The translations under genes and the position numbers were made by a program. A DNA stretch of 64,000 nucleotides. Origin: Tubiluchus corallicola. Taxonomy: Eukaryota > Animalia > Priapulida. The stretch spans positions 335,877 through 399,876 of the forward strand of contig JAQGDQ010000167.1 of the NCBI GenBank assembly GCA_030141605.1, read 5' to 3'. Shown one piece after another: positions 37,154-51,658 of the stretch. Under the pieces are notes generated by a model. That model saw only the letters and a list, made by a program, of their open reading frames with translations. It ran no database searches and was not told the DNA's origin. Within the stretch, counting starts at the first letter, position 1. Every line of letters starts with the position of its first letter.

Positions 37154-37754
37154 TATATAGTTATGTATTCGATCGTATTGACCATAAACTTACAGCTTCC
37201 AGCATGGATAGGGTCAAATGGATAGGGTACAGCATAAATGAACGCTTTTTACCCCTCCGATCTTCTCTGGACGCTTTATTTATTTTAAGTTTTTCTACAT
37301 TACAACAATTCACTGATCCGGATAGAAGAAAGCCTAGAAAAACAGTCTCTAGGCTCGTGCAGTCTAACTGACCAAATTTGGTCCGACAAGCTGCAGTAAG
37401 AAAACATTGACAATGCAAAACTGCATAGGCGGAATCGCATAGGCAAGTACGAAGGTAATTATAAGAAACAAAAAACAAATTGGACATTTTGTTATTACAA
37501 ATCCTATCGTCTCACTTTCTGAGTGATATTCATTATTACTTCACTTTCGTGTATATTTGTCTAGGCCTATAATATGTCTCTCAGTGTGTGTACATCTAAC
37601 TTAAATGGTGTACTGTTTAACTTAATAGATAAATTTACGTATTTACCTACTTCCTTACTACAAATTCAACTTTGTAATTATTAGAAAAGATTAAAGTTAT
37701 TAGACTTGGACTCCTTGAATCAAGCACAGTAGGCTGTTCGGCTGTAAACTATTA

Positions 37755-39183
37755 CAGGGTGTTCCAAAACAACCAGCAGACTACGGATGAGCATCGAACA
37801 TTCCAGTTCGAACGAGTTTTTTTAGTTTAAATTCGATTCGAACCTGAAATTATAAATTCGAATAATTCAACGCTTCACTACATATACTGTCATACACTGT
37901 CATTCAAACATTTGAAACATCTTTCAGTCAGCGCAATTTAGCTGTGATTTCTCTGCACAGTTTTTAAACGAATATTAGTGTTTTACTGCAGAACAAAATC
38001 AAGCAATATGCATAATCTTTGTGAGACTGCTTTTTATTAAAGGTAGACAAGATGATTTTTCGTATAATACTCCATTTTCAAGTCCGATAAAAAGTATACA
38101 TTCTAACACAATACTGCAAAAGCGTTTCTGATAATTAAGTAATAGATTAAAAAGTTAGTTAACGGTAGGCGAGCCCAACTATTGATGACATCACAAACTA
38201 ACATAATTTTCAGTGGCAAAAATATTCCACGAGCGTGTTGCACGTGTTTGCGAAAGCGAAAATTAAAGTACAGTGTTACTGTGTGTTGTGTTAAAACTAG
38301 ACAAGTTTCAAGATAAAAATTCAAATTTCTAATTTACCACTGTACTCACACATGAGCTGTCGAACGTCGAACGTGTGTAGTTCGTCACAAACGAACACAT
38401 CTGGAATGAGAAGTACAGTACCTGTTTTTGTCCAACGAGTTTTCGAAATGCAGGCGCTAGTGCCCGTCTAACTAGCGAATGGCAAAATGCATGTAAAAGC
38501 GAAGAACCGGTGGCGCGAACGTGAAACCGTGTTTATGTGGTAATAATTCTTTCATGTAAGTCATTTTTGAAAAAATAATATGTTTTCTTTCAATATTTTA
38601 AAGAGCAGATTGTCTTGACCAAGAGTTTAAGATTGGGCGCAGTTCTGCTTTAATGATTCGAAAGTTTCTTCGAAAATCTTTGAAATTGGATTCGATTCGA
38701 TTCCCATTTTAAAACCTCATAATTCGGTTTGATTCGAGTTTGAAAGCCACAAATTCGTTTCGAACTGAATTCGCTTTCTTTTTGTTAATAATTTGTTGTT
38801 TTGGGCACAGTGCGCCGTTCACGCATACGTTCTTCTATCTCAGTCAGCAACGCGCATTATTATTGGCTGTTCACCCCCAAAATGGCTGTCGACACTGACG
38901 AAAATCAGGACCAGCTTGACATTGTCAAACTTGAATGACATTCAAATTTCACTGTCATTCTTGTTGTCCAGACGGTCCTGAAACACCGACAAACTCGAGG
39001 ATGACAGTGTTCTGAAGGACTGTGTGAACGACCAATATTGCATAATACAAAGTCTAATATTGGTAGTACTAAATTTGAACTAATGACTACTGATGTCATT
39101 ATGATGTCATGAGCAAAAATCTAAGCTGATTTTGTCAAATCTGTCATATATTTCTACTGCACTGTTTCTTTGGGACCACCCTG
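37755..39183. mobile_element. Tc1/mariner-like non-autonomous element containing nested insertions
   Basis: TA flanks at 37753-54 and 39184-85; 22-nt TIRs CAGGGTGTTCCAAAACAACCAG vs CAGGGTGGTCCCAAAGAAACAG (18/22 identical). Confidence 0.65.
38041..38649. mobile_element. Kolobok/T2-type MITE family A, full-length, nested
   Basis: TTAA at 38037-40 and 38650-53; colinear with the 2339-2931 copy. Confidence 0.8.
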
Positions 39184-40164
39184 TATATTGCGCGTCAGTG
39201 CACTTGGCGTGTACAGACACCTAACTCAATTACTTTCGGGCCCTGCATACACTTGTAAGCCATCAATCATTTTTTGTTACAACATCAAACAGCTTGTTGA
39301 CGTAATCTGTTTCTATAAAACATGACAATAACCATCGGAAAGGCGAAAAGTAGTGACATTGTTGTTGCAAATATTGAATGATTTTAAAATTTGTGAAGAC
39401 TCTAGAACCGAAAATTTGCTTCAACGTTTTCCATTTCAAAATAAAATACAGTCTAGAGAGTAATAACCCTGCGACATTGCGTCAATGTCTCTAATTTCTA
39501 CTTTGGAATGGCTTCAGTCAGAAGCGCCAAAAAGCTACTATTCGGCTAGTATAATTATTCCGTAACAAGGGAAGAGCCATGAGTGTCGGACGAAAACATG
39601 GTCTTTTCTCAATACACACGTAATGTTTCAGCAATAATTTGCCCTTATTTGTTTGATATATTGTTTGTCTTCCAAGCGTTTTTCAACAAATGTCTGGAGT
39701 GCCTGATTATGGACTGCAGGCTTCATGCTTTTGGTCATTGGACAGTAGACAGGCCGTTCGGATGTATTTTTCCCTAAAGAACAGCATGTATTTCTGAACG
39801 AGGTTATTAGATGAGTGAAGGCTCGCTATCGATTTTGCAAGACTAAGTACTTTACTTAAACACAGAAGCCAACCATCCCGATTAAAAACTTAACGCAGTA
39901 ATATCGTTTAGCAGGCTTTCAAGCTTTGTCTCTAACAGTCATTAGATTACAAAGATATCTAAGCTTCACTTTACTCCATGTTGTCCCAACCGGAACTGAA
40001 AATTTAATGAATCGCCGCAAAGAATGGTCGGTTTAATTTTCTAATTAATATGAGTAGTTGCGTGTTCTCATCTGTACATAAATAAAGCCGAAAAGACACA
40101 CAAAACGTAAACAACTCTTTCAAAATCCCGTACAACGTTTAGTTCGTTTTCTCATCACGCTTAG

Positions 40165-40579
40165 CAGAAAACAAACTGCTATAGATGGACGTTACGTTAG
40201 ATGGAATTTTTGTCTGAGACAAGACTTGCTTCACGTGTTTCGTCAAGATTGATCTTTACACACTTTACACTTATAACATTTCATATAATTCGTGCATAGT
40301 TATGAAAGTGTGCTATAGAAAAGCACAGACTAGACGGTTTAGTCTGTTGGTAACACGTCCACTTTCCGTCCGGGAGGTCGTGAGTTCGATACAGCGGTCG
40401 GGTTATACCAAGGACGTTAAAATTGGTACCTGCTGTTGCCCTGCCCGGCGCGTGTTGTTAAGGTAAAAGTGGAGTAATAGTAGTCACTGTTATGTAGTTG
40501 TAGTTTGTTATTTACTGTTGGCAATAATAGCTCTTCTGAGCTAATGTTAATTGCACCAAAAATCCGTCTTTAAATAAAG

Positions 40580-40665
<86 letters not shown>

Positions 40666-40672
40666 TATTATT
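40165..40672 (+). mobile_element. tRNA-derived SINE (head from about 40328) with a shared 5' extension and (TTA)n tail
   Basis: A-box-like TAGTCTGTTGG (40340-50), B-box GTTCGATAC (40384-92), central body, AATAAA, (TTA)n; highly similar inverted copy at 61581-62054. Confidence 0.8.
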
Positions 40673-41716
40673 GTTGTTGTTTATACACTAAAACAAAGTG
40701 CAAGCGAACAAAGCTTACCATTTGACTGCTGAACCACAAAACGTGTATTCGAACAGTGTCTCAAAAAGTTTCCCACAGATGGATTCATGGTCGACGTATA
40801 TTTGACATCCTGAATTTTTACGGGCGTACACGAGGAGCAAAGTTTTCTCAAAAATGAATGTCTTTCATGAACTTGAGATAAAAATTAATGATTGTTGTAC
40901 AAACATTTGGCTTGAAATGATGGCTGATATCAGAAATGTACGCTTAATAGTTAAGTGAAATGTTCGGATAAGGTGGCACATGCGTTACGAAGCGTATAAA
41001 GCCCACTTCTTTTTCAGGTTTTCATTCAACTATGCTAAAGGAATCCTCAAGTTTTATTTCATCTGTCTTGCAAGATTGCATCTTTAAGTCCACAAATCCA
41101 TGTACATGTTATACATTTACAGGTCTACCGCTGGCATCTCCATTTGACTTTTAGACGTTCAATACAATAAACCAAAACATTTATGCAGCAGTTTAGTTCA
41201 GAAACGGTTAAAAGAGGTAATTTTTAAGAATATTAGTTTGAAAACAATTTGGGAAGGTTCCCGAAAAGAGAATCTAACTTTACCTTCAGGTCAGCCCTCA
41301 TTCTAGACTTTCAAGAAGTATGGGCGCGCTTGTGAGTTTGACCTGCAACTGTCAATAGTATCTACGTCTCTGATGGAGCATACGTTAAAAGCTTTGTCAA
41401 AACAAATCCAACCCATTCATTCCTAATCCGGCTAGAGCAGCTTCATTGTTGGGCGTCAACACTCGAGGGAGCCGGAGTGCGGGAGAAAACACGAATTAGC
41501 GCTTCGTCGAGTGTTTGCACGCCGGAAATCCTCTAATGAAAAAGCGGCAAAGCATGATGGAAGACGACAGAGAGATATGTGAGCGGTTATTTAACTTTGG
41601 CGTCAGAAGCAGAACTGGGAAAAATTCAAGCTTATCAGCTTTGCTTATACCTTTTAAAATGTATCATACAGCATGATAACTGTAGAAAGCAGACACAAAA
41701 AATCAAGAATTATTAA

Positions 41717-42144
41717 AGCAAAACAGGACCCAATCTTAAACTGTAAGTCAAAATAATCTACTCTTTAAAGTACTTAAATGAGACGTACTAGTTTTTTTTC
41801 AAAAATGACTAACACAATTTCACGTTTGCGCCACTAGCTCTTCGCTGTTACATTACATTAGTTATATTACAACACACTGAATCTCTTACAGTAGCACAGT
41901 CCTTCGATTTTCGTTTTTGCAAACACATGCAACGCGTTCATAGAATATTTTAGCTGGTGAAAATTGTGTTAGTTTGTGATGTCATCACTAGTTGGGCTCG
42001 CTAACCGTTAATTAAATTGTTGTTAATTTAAATTTTTTAAAATCCTTTATTTATTTATCAGAAACGCTTTACAGTATTATTGTTGTTAAAATCTACACTT
42101 TTTACCGTATTTGAAAATGATATGAAAAATTATCCTGTTTTCCT
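41717..42144. mobile_element. Kolobok/T2-type MITE family A, internally deleted
   Basis: TTAA at 41713-16 and 42145-48; both termini retained. Confidence 0.78.
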
Positions 42145-42956
42145 TTAAGTCTCCATCTCTGTTAGCTATATAACAACGCAACTGCAGGACTGTCGAGTAA
42201 TTCTTAAAATGTGGATAGAGCTTTACTAATGGAAAAATAAACTTTCTCAAAGGTATAATATACGTAACAATTTTCTGTTCTACTTTTATCTCACTTTGCT
42301 TCTCATCAGTAGCTTGATTACTATGATGACAACAACGATGCTGGAGATGATGATGACTGTGACGAGAATAATAAGGTGCAGGCGTAAGAAAAAAGACCAG
42401 CTTTTACCTGAACTGAAAATTATGCACAGATAGCAGGTGTGGCATAAAAAGACAACGTATGCTTGAATAGTTTCTCTGTTTTTTGCCACATGGCCTTCGC
42501 GGCAAAGCAGTTAATTATCGCGACTGCATATTATCCTAACAATGCTTTTGCTAAGAACCTGTGCGGCTGAATTACAAGCATTTACATCATTCAACGAAGG
42601 AGATCCGCCGAGATTTGATGCACCGACGTTGTGACTGGATGAACTTAATGGCAATCATAATCTGCGATTAGCGTCAGCAGCAGCACAAGTCCTTGATTTA
42701 TCACATAAGAACTTATCAGCAAAAATTATTGGTTTTTAGTCAACCGAAAACCCAAACTGAGCTTTCGCCCGGCGGCAATAATGAACAATTAGAAATCAAT
42801 CGATCACCATTAGGCCGTTAGTCATCCAGTGCTGATTAAAAAGGATTAACAATCAATTAACCAATCAAATGATTGGGTTGACTAGCTTTTGCGGAGCTTA
42901 CGACTATGATGCCCTCAGAACGACGATGATAATGGAAAAGATGACAATAGCGTAAC

Positions 42957-43550
42957 AATTCAATTCAATTCACATTTTTATTCCCGACTTTAAATTCATA
43001 TAAAACAACGTGCATATAAACTAAATAAAATATATGCATGTAAGATATTAAGACCACGCATTAAAACATAAGACTAAAATTACTGAAATTACAATAAAAC
43101 AGCGAACACAACAACAAAAACACACACAAGAGGACACGCTATCCACATAATTATAATACAAAAGACAATACACACGAAATTAATTCATTAAAAATGATTG
43201 TTTTCTACAACAAAAACGCCGTGCAACGACTTAGTAATTTATGCCACTTTTTAAAAAAATGCGATTTATGAAACCTTTCACTAATTTTTTGTGTTACAAA
43301 CAATACATTTCGAATGTCAGACAATAAACGATGCCGGATACTATATGCTGCCGTTCTTCGTATATGTATGAACTGCGGGAGTCTAAGGTGGTACTGATAC
43401 CAGATGAACTGCAGTCATGCCTTAATTTAAACAATTTTCTAATACAATTATTGTAAGCAACTCTTGGTCTATTGAGTATACTTTAGTGGGCTTAGTCTAT
43501 TGTGCTAACCACTAAGAAACAACAAATCGCTTTTGCAAAACAGTCAATAA
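42957..43550 (-). mobile_element. LINE 3' fragment with (TGAAT)n tail
   Basis: Minus-strand AATAAA followed by a tgaattgaattgaatt tail; degenerate ORF2-like codons upstream. Confidence 0.5.
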
Positions 43551-44116
43551 CAATAATTATTATTACAATTCATCGAGTCACCATAGGAGACGTTCCTCAT
43601 CGCGACTTTTATCTTGCCTAGCTAAATTCCACCCAGAAGACAGATGAGTATAATTATACTTGTACTATTTACGACAATATAATAATGCTTTATTGCATAC
43701 GGTATAATGTAAGTATTTGTTGCAACTGGAACGATAACATTCATAATTATTCCCGCGTGAGGCCCGTATCTGACTCTGCCAGTGATCAGAACAGCACAAA
43801 AGTAATAATTTCACTCACAGCAGACGGCCTGAACACGCAGGTATTCTTCACATCACCTGTAATTTACTTAAACTCGCGTCGGCTGCTTAGGACAACTATC
43901 ACGTAATTGCAGGAATATTAGCTAAATCGACACACAGAATAAGCGGAATCAAGACACAGGCTCATAAACTAAAAATAAATACCACTCCCAGTTTACTTGC
44001 AAAACCTCCTGTTCCTACCTTGTTCCTATTTTTAAAAAGGGCGATAGTTGTGATCCGAACAATATAGTACCTTGTCTCTTACATGCATATCTTGCAAAAT
44101 AATGGAAATGTGTATA

Positions 44117-44734
44117 ATTGATGAAATGTTAAAATATCTCAAATGTGACAACCTATTGTCTAAAGGACAGCATGGTTTTTTCAACACGCAGGTCAAGAAA
44201 TACACAGTTTTTTGAATGCTTGTAGGATTTTAGTATTGCTATAGATTATAGCTATGTTTTAGATACAGTCTATATTGACTTTAAAAAAGCATTAGACACT
44301 GTAAGCGATCCACAGCTTCTTCTAAAATTGGAATCTATGGGAATTATGGGTAAATTGTCGTTTTGGACTCGCAGTTTTTTGTCATTTTGAAAACAGGGTG
44401 TTGTCATTGTAATGAATGTTTGTTCTGATTACGTGAGCGTAATTTCTGGAATGCTACAAGGACGTGTCCTTGGACCTCTATTGTCTTTGACGTTTGTTAA
44501 CGATTTAATAGAAACAGTTGACTCCGTAACACTTAGACTTTTTAGGCGGCATTATGAATTATACTTTCATTAGTAGATTATTCAATTTTACGATGACTTT
44601 AAATTTTTTAAGTACTATTTACAATTTATGTAATTTTGTAATTTTAGGAATGATTCATTTTGTAATTACTGTATGTATCTGTAAATTGTAAAGTGCATCG
44701 AGGTCTCCGATGTGATGCATTCTGCAAATAATAA

Positions 44735-44814
<80 letters not shown>

Positions 44815-45660
44815 ACTATTTACAGACGACGTTAAATTGTATCAAAATTGGTTACGGAATCAAACCAGCGATATTCAATCTGCTCCAAATACATTGTTTC
44901 AATGGGCAACTATGTGGCAATTGTCAATTGCAATGCCGAAATGTAATGTATATGTACATGGGTTTTAGAAACTCAGAGTTTACATATAAGTTGTCAGAAA
45001 ATGAGTTGCCTGTTGTACGCAATATGCGTGATCTTGTGTAACATTTTCAGATAATTTGAAGTGGACCACTCACTGTATTGAAGTTGCGGCAAAGGCTAAT
45101 AGAATTACCAATATCATTTCTGAATGTTCTCTACAAATGACAAAGAAACATTACTGAAGGCTACATTCACTACATAAAACGTACATTAGACCAAAAGTAG
45201 AGTATTGTTCATCTGTGTGGAGCCCCATGTTGTTGACTAATGTTGATAAAATTGAATCCGTTCAAATGTATTCTATCAGACGTTTGGATTATAGATGTAA
45301 GGTTACTTATGTGTCATATCCGTTACGGTCGAGCTTTTTAAATCTTAGATCATTAGAGGAAAGAAGGTTACATAAAGATTTAGTACTGTGTTATCAAATC
45401 ATACATAAAGACATAGATATAGACAGAGACATTTTTTACAATAGCTACCTCTAGTCGTACAAGAAATAACAACTCACTTAAATTGCGTGTCAAGCGATCT
45501 GCTAAAAAATATTTGGTCTAACAGGGTTGTTCCGATTTGGAGTAGTTTACCAGAAATTGTAAATGATGCACCATTGGTAAAAGCTCGAAATTCAAACTTT
45601 TAAACTGCGATTAAATTATGTCGATCTAAATGTTTTCTCAATTTTTAACCGGCATTAATG
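44117..45660 (+). mobile_element. Degenerate CR1/L2-like LINE RT, interrupted by an insert ending in (TTA)n at about 44737-44812
   Basis: Recognisable Q-H-G-F, YIDFKKA.DTV..LLLKL, QG.VLGPLL..FVNDL, RPKVEYCSSVWSP and SLEERRL..DL segments; many stops and frameshifts. Confidence 0.85.
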
Positions 45661-48600
45661 TAAGAAGCGTTTGTTCATTATGATTCCACATAAGCTACCA
45701 TTGTTGCGAAATTCGTTTTTCGTGAATATATTGAATTGTCGATGATGGTGCTGATAACGGTGGTCACTAATATACGTGTGGAAACATCAGAATTTGTGTC
45801 CAAAAATTAATGTTAAACTTGTATTGTTATTTCTTGTACTACATATCTCATTGTGGGTTGCGGAACTGATGCTGAGTTGGTGAAACACACCTGTCCGTAC
45901 TGATACTGGACCACGGAACCATTACATACGAGTGCTTTTATACCTGGTGTGCAATGCCGACACGCAATGGCTTTGTAATGTATCGAGCCATTATAACGTA
46001 GAGGTGAGGGCGAAAAAAATGGTTGCCGTCGTTACAATATAATTTAGAACACCATTTACTATTGTCATGTAATCCGTTTTAGCACGTGAACGAGAACGGC
46101 ATTATGGCGAAACAAATCTCTTTATAGATTTACTACACATGAAAGTAACGAAAAAATAAAATTTGGCAGAACTAGGTCTGTCTGCTTATAATCTGGCTGT
46201 CGCATGGTAGCCTACTTGTCTTGCTGAAACCGTTTAAAATACAAAGGATGAAAATGAAATCATAATCTTAAAACCAAACAAATTTCGCAAAACATTGTTG
46301 TGGTCATCGATCAATGTTGTGCTTGTTGAAACCATTTGAATTATAACAATAAAAGACATCACCGTTCACGTGAAATAACAATGAAAGTCTTGCCGGCTGG
46401 CTTAGCTACCTTCAAGCTAAAGCGCAAAATTTAATCCAGCTTCTTTCGCTCAGAAAACATCTTGTCATTTGCAATTTTTTGCTAAAAATTTCCTGCATTT
46501 TTTCTTTCTTTTTCATGGCAAAAGCTACAAGTTTTCGCTAATTCTTCAAAATTTGCAACATGAAGTTTAACAATGTTACATGGCAGTTTGCTGTAATCCA
46601 GCATTTCTTGAAAATATAGGTATATATATATATAATGTATGAAAAAATGTAGGCTTTTCCTTAAAAATGTGAGGCTGGTATAGAAAACAGCTCAAATAAT
46701 CAACAAGTAAATCCAGGAGTAGGCAGTTTTAATATTAAACTAATTCAGGGCGATTATCGCTTCTTTACTTGGACCTGCAGTCTAAAATGCCAATTTTATT
46801 ACAGTAATCATTAAATGTTTCTTATAATACAATTCAATATTCTCATGAAATTCGAGAGCTGGACCACGTTGGTCAACCTTGGATAAACCATTAAGCAAAA
46901 TAAGCATGTGCTTATGGCCTCTGGGGAAGAGGGCTTCGCACAGTTTTTTCAAATCGAATAATTAGACAAAAGTAAAATATGCCCAAATATGTGTAGCGGC
47001 TTCTATGTTTGTTGTTAAACAACAGAACTCTACGGATGGCCATAGAAATTCTGGCTTCTGAGCACCCTGAGCTGCTCACTGCCCATATGATGACATTGAT
47101 TGATTATATAATGTCGTCTCTGTAGTCTGTATTTCTAATCTAATATCACTTTTTTATGCAATGTAAAGCTGATGCCTTACCATTTACTTTAAATAAATCT
47201 TACTGCAAGTTTATTATTCATTTTTTAAGATCAGATTTCATTCTACAATTTAATATTGTCTTTATCCTGAATTACACATATATGTGGTACCATAATGTTC
47301 TCAGTGCTTAAGGCCTCTTGAGTTCTTAATGCGTCCCTGGGGTTGGGCATAGTCCTGATAGGAAAAGGCCAACACATTGTTAGTGTGAGCTCACCTATCA
47401 ACTATCTAGAGTCCTAGACCATCTTTCCGAATTAACAGTCCATAATTCGAGCATTACGACCCCTGGAGGCCATTTACTGACGTCATCCATGAAAACAAAA
47501 TGGCTTAACTCGTAGTAATTTTCAATAAGCAATGAATAATATATGAAAAGCTGGGATGCCTAGCAGCTTTGTAAGGATGGGCAAGTTAATAGATCAAGCA
47601 AAACAAGGCATAGGCGTTATAATAGTTCATTAAGCGCTATGATTTTGTTAATATTTTATGCTCACAAATGTTCTAATCATGATAATTAAATAAGTAATTC
47701 CTGACACCAATTATTATTGAAATTATTATTTAATGAAAAGTAGCTCCTTTTAATGAATTTGCAGAGGCGATCGTCATTAACATCTAGAGTCAGTGTCAGC
47801 AGATCCAGATCCAGGATAAAAATCCAAATATTGAACTTTGAACCAGGATGAAAAGCAATGACAACATTTTTCTTTAATAAACAAATTATTTCAATTCACT
47901 TTTTATTTCATAATTAATATTGCCGTATAATTCACAAAACATAATAAATTACTTCACATACACAAACACATACTAACTCTACTAATTACATTCAACAGCA
48001 AACCACGCCAAATAAGGACGAACACAACCAAAAAAATGTTGAAGTATATCGTACATCAGAGCAACATTGGCCATCAGAGCACAATTCTGCTAAACAGACT
48101 GCAATAACACTTGTGTCACATATGAATAAAATGTGGAAGAGAAGTGTAACATCTAGCCATACCTTCTACATTAAGTCACTAACGTTTTTCAAACATACGT
48201 AATCCAGAATTGGCAGGACACTAGGTGTAACAGACTCTGTTGGTAAGCAGAATTAAGTGATATCTGCGAATCAATTTAAAACCAAAAGAGTCAAGAGAAA
48301 GGTGAATGAAAAAGCCAAGAATTCGGAGAACTATAAACTAAACTGCTGAGAAGTTTCTGATGATGAAAGCATTGCGAAATTTGCTGGAAATTTATTTTGG
48401 TATTCGCCCCCTCCTTCCCTCTCATAGGCCCAATTAAAAAATAAACCATCAATGAAGCGACACTAGACACTCACTACTAGATCGAGACCTTTCGTTTGAT
48501 ATGTAGATCGCCAAAAACGGTTGCCGTCTTTGGAACTGTAGCCTCGAATCTTATATATATATATATAACTTCTCTATACCTAGCGTTCCGCCAATTTTGG

Positions 48601-48902
48601 ATTACGTATTATGTGTATACATAATACGTATAATATATATGTAATATAACAGCCTATACCACCGAAATTAATATATAGATAGCATATTTGATGGCAATAC
48701 CACTCGATGAGAAATGTTTCAAATAGTTTGACTAGGCCAGCTTAGGATAAGATCAAATGTGACCATCAACGATCAGTGGTGAAACGATGTAAACGTATAG
48801 GAGTTTAGTTTTAACCATGTCAGCCCGCATAAAAATACTTTTCGCTGTAAAAGCTACGCTTGAAGCTCCGCCCACAATTTGCCGGGTCAGAGGCTTGGCC
48901 CT

Positions 48903-49177
48903 CCCAGACAGTTTGACAATATTGTATCAATGTCGTGACAATATTTTTGCAAATATTGACATAATGTGGAAAATTGGACTTGCTACAACATTTTACCGAT
49001 ATTTTCGGCAATATACGTAAACAATACGTTTCCAATATTGGACGACAATGTTGTACCAGTATTGGACAAAAATATCAATATTGTACCAACATGGTGACAA
49101 TATTTTCTGAACGTATTTTCTGTGAAGATCCTGACAAGATCGTAACCATATGGTGACAATATTGTGTGCTGCCTGGG
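48903..49177. mobile_element. EnSpm/CMC-like non-autonomous element, copy 2 (inverted)
   Basis: CCCAGACAG...GTGCTGCCTGGG termini; reverse-complement similarity to 29733-29997. Confidence 0.65.
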
Positions 49178-49380
49178 TTAACAGTTTGGCATCTCGCTCC
49201 TGGAAGACAAAACATATTACCAAAGTAGCCGCAAGAGGTCCCTGTAGATTCGAAAAGTCTGTTTATTTATCTTCTCTCAACATGTGAAATTTAGTAATGC
49301 ATACCCAGAACCCACTGATAGCTTTCCTGAGTTTCAAAAATCTCCACCTCCATTTCATTCTTTAATGCTGTATGTTCGTT

Positions 49381-49401
49381 TCCCTCTCTTTTCTCTTTTC
49401 T

Positions 49402-49441
<40 letters not shown>

Positions 49442-49545
49442 CCTTCCTTCTTTTTTTCCCATTTTACCTTTTCACTTTACCTCACTTTACGCTTCTACTT
49501 TACTTTACTTTGCTTTGCTTTACTTCACTTCATTTCACTTTACTA
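49381..49545. repeat. (CT)n and degenerate (ACTTT)n simple repeats
   Basis: Read directly from the sequence. Confidence 0.85.
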
Positions 49546-49981
49546 CATATGTATATACATTAGCAATGGTTGCGGCTGTTGCTGGCCATTAGGCATTCTA
49601 AGCGTTTCTAAAGACTAATGGTAGTGTCATTATTTTTCCGGCTCTCACAACAGCCAAGCACCCGAAGAGCCATAAAAGAAACGACACGTATAAAACTAAC
49701 GTAGTAAAAAGACAGAAAAGGCCAGAAAGCGTTTGAAACAGTTCACCGAGTTGCTGATTGCTGTCGGACGTTTGGGGAATTAACCAGAAAAAACAGAATT
49801 AGGCCAAAGAACTTCCGTTGCGGATATTTTCCCTGCAGTGAGGCGAAATGTGCATGAGCCACAAAAGCTATTGTTCTTGTTGAAACCCTGAAAATTTACT
49901 GCAATTTGTATAGTAATTTTCACTCCTTTCACGCATTATGTGTATTCCATGGTTTGATAATGTCTGGCAGTAGGTGATAAG

Positions 49982-50075
49982 AAGCCTTTTCATAGTTTCG
50001 TTGTGCGCACGCGCAGTTGCTGAAGGTCAAAGGTTAAGTGAACCATAACAATGCAACTACAACCGTCACGTGAAC
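49982..50075 (+). repeat. Short interspersed element, copy 1 (truncated), with DR1 and E-box
   Basis: AGGTCAAAGGTTA at 50024-36 and GTCACGTGA at 50065-73; longer copies at 57489 and 60354. Confidence 0.75.
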
Positions 50076-50580
50076 AGAAGGTTTTCATTGACACTGTAAG
50101 TCATTTTGTCTTAGACCATAACAACACATGCAGTTAAATGAATGTATACAGGCATTAGATTTAAGTTCCAGGCATGAAATCAAGCCAGAATCATAATATA
50201 TAATTAATGCAGTTAAATCATTAATATAATTTCATAAAATTAATTAAATCAATCATTTATCGTCTACAAAATGAAAGGCTTTATCTAGTTGAAATTTTCG
50301 TCACTGTACTCAAATTTCGCCCTATACTGTGGGTAGGTGGCTCGGACTCACTGCGTTCTACTATGACGAGCTTACAGATCTGCTTTGTTGAAACTTCTGT
50401 AATTAGATGTCATTGGCGTAGTTTGTTATGTCGTTAATTGTTATCTGTGTTATTGTTGTGTTTCATGATTTATTGTATTATTTGTATTAATTTGTGATGT
50501 GTTTATGAACTTTGTGAAGTTTGAAATAAAATATTAAATCTAAATCTAATCTAAATCTGTTATGTGAGCTGATAACTTAA

Positions 50581-51106
50581 ACGGGAGAGTATACGATTCT
50601 CTAGGTTAATTATTTAATATATATACACAATTAGTTAGCAATTGTTTTTAATATTTCAATATATTATCTAGGACAGTTAATTAACGGCAACCGAACACAG
50701 CTATCAATTACGTCACAAACTAACCATAGTTTGTGCAATGACAGACATCTTCCCTGCGCGTCAAGCACGTTTGCGTAAGCGAAGATTGCTATAACACGCT
50801 GATGTGATGTCACGAAAATGAACTCTACGTCACACAGACGTCGCAGACGAACCTTGCAGCTGATGATAATGCTTATCACGGTACCGCGTCTATTTGTTGG
50901 CCACGCGAAGGTGACAAAAAGGGACAATTACTAGTCTACGTGGATTCGCTGAGCCGCGCGTAGCTTTGAAGGTTTAAAAAAATTTAACTATTCTAGGCAA
51001 TTATTATTTAATCTAAGCTTTGATTTAAGAAAAGCTGTTGCAGTTTTCAATATTTTAGATCATACTTTATTTTGAACTAATGCTTACACGATCGTCCAGT
51101 TTCCCT
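50581..51106. mobile_element. Kolobok/T2-type MITE family B
   Basis: TTAA-flanked, ends TTTCCCT-TTAA; shares ggcaaccgaacacagctat and the right end with 63355-63546. Confidence 0.65.
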
Positions 51107-51658
51107 TTAAGTTTTTGAATTCACAGATCAATATCGAAAAATTTAGTTTGAATTTTAAATGAAAGTGTTAGACTGTCAATACAATTCATATATTTATGAA
51201 AAAATAAGACCCACTGTCGTGGAAGCTAAGTACTGACTAGGGAAATGAACTAAGGCCAGTAGTTCGGGCGAATATACAAAAGAGAGGGCAATTATATTTG
51301 AGTTTAGATTCGCAAAGGGTACTCCTGGGATACTGCTTGAATGTACTTCGCCTGATATGGTTGTGAGGAAGATTAGCTAACACAAGTGGAACGATCTAAA
51401 TTATTCATTCTAAGTAATGATGATCTTAAGGAGAACTGCAATATATGCGTACCTAGGCCAAACCTAGTTAAAGTGCTAAATTTATGACAATTATACTGGG
51501 TCACAACTAACAGGTATTATCCTGCAGTTTTGTTCCCGGTTCCTGCAGATTTTGCAATAAATTGTGGGCGAAGTGAAGTTTAACAGCGAAACTTTTGTAA
51601 GAGAAGTGTTCTAAAATGTAAACCTAGTTAAAGGGAAGCCAATGTCTTCTGGGAAGTT

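Noticed and set aside
40328-40400. tRNA gene
   Set aside because: A and B boxes are present but no convincing cloverleaf; it continues into a SINE body and (TTA)n tail.
44712-45041. Poly-Leu ORF, and the poly-Tyr ORF at 62045-62266
   Set aside because: Translations of (TTA)n retroelement tails.
48400-48680. Helitron/Helentron-like end with a small hairpin (tacgtattatgt..acataatacgta)
   Set aside because: Suggestive only; single copy in the window and boundaries cannot be defined.
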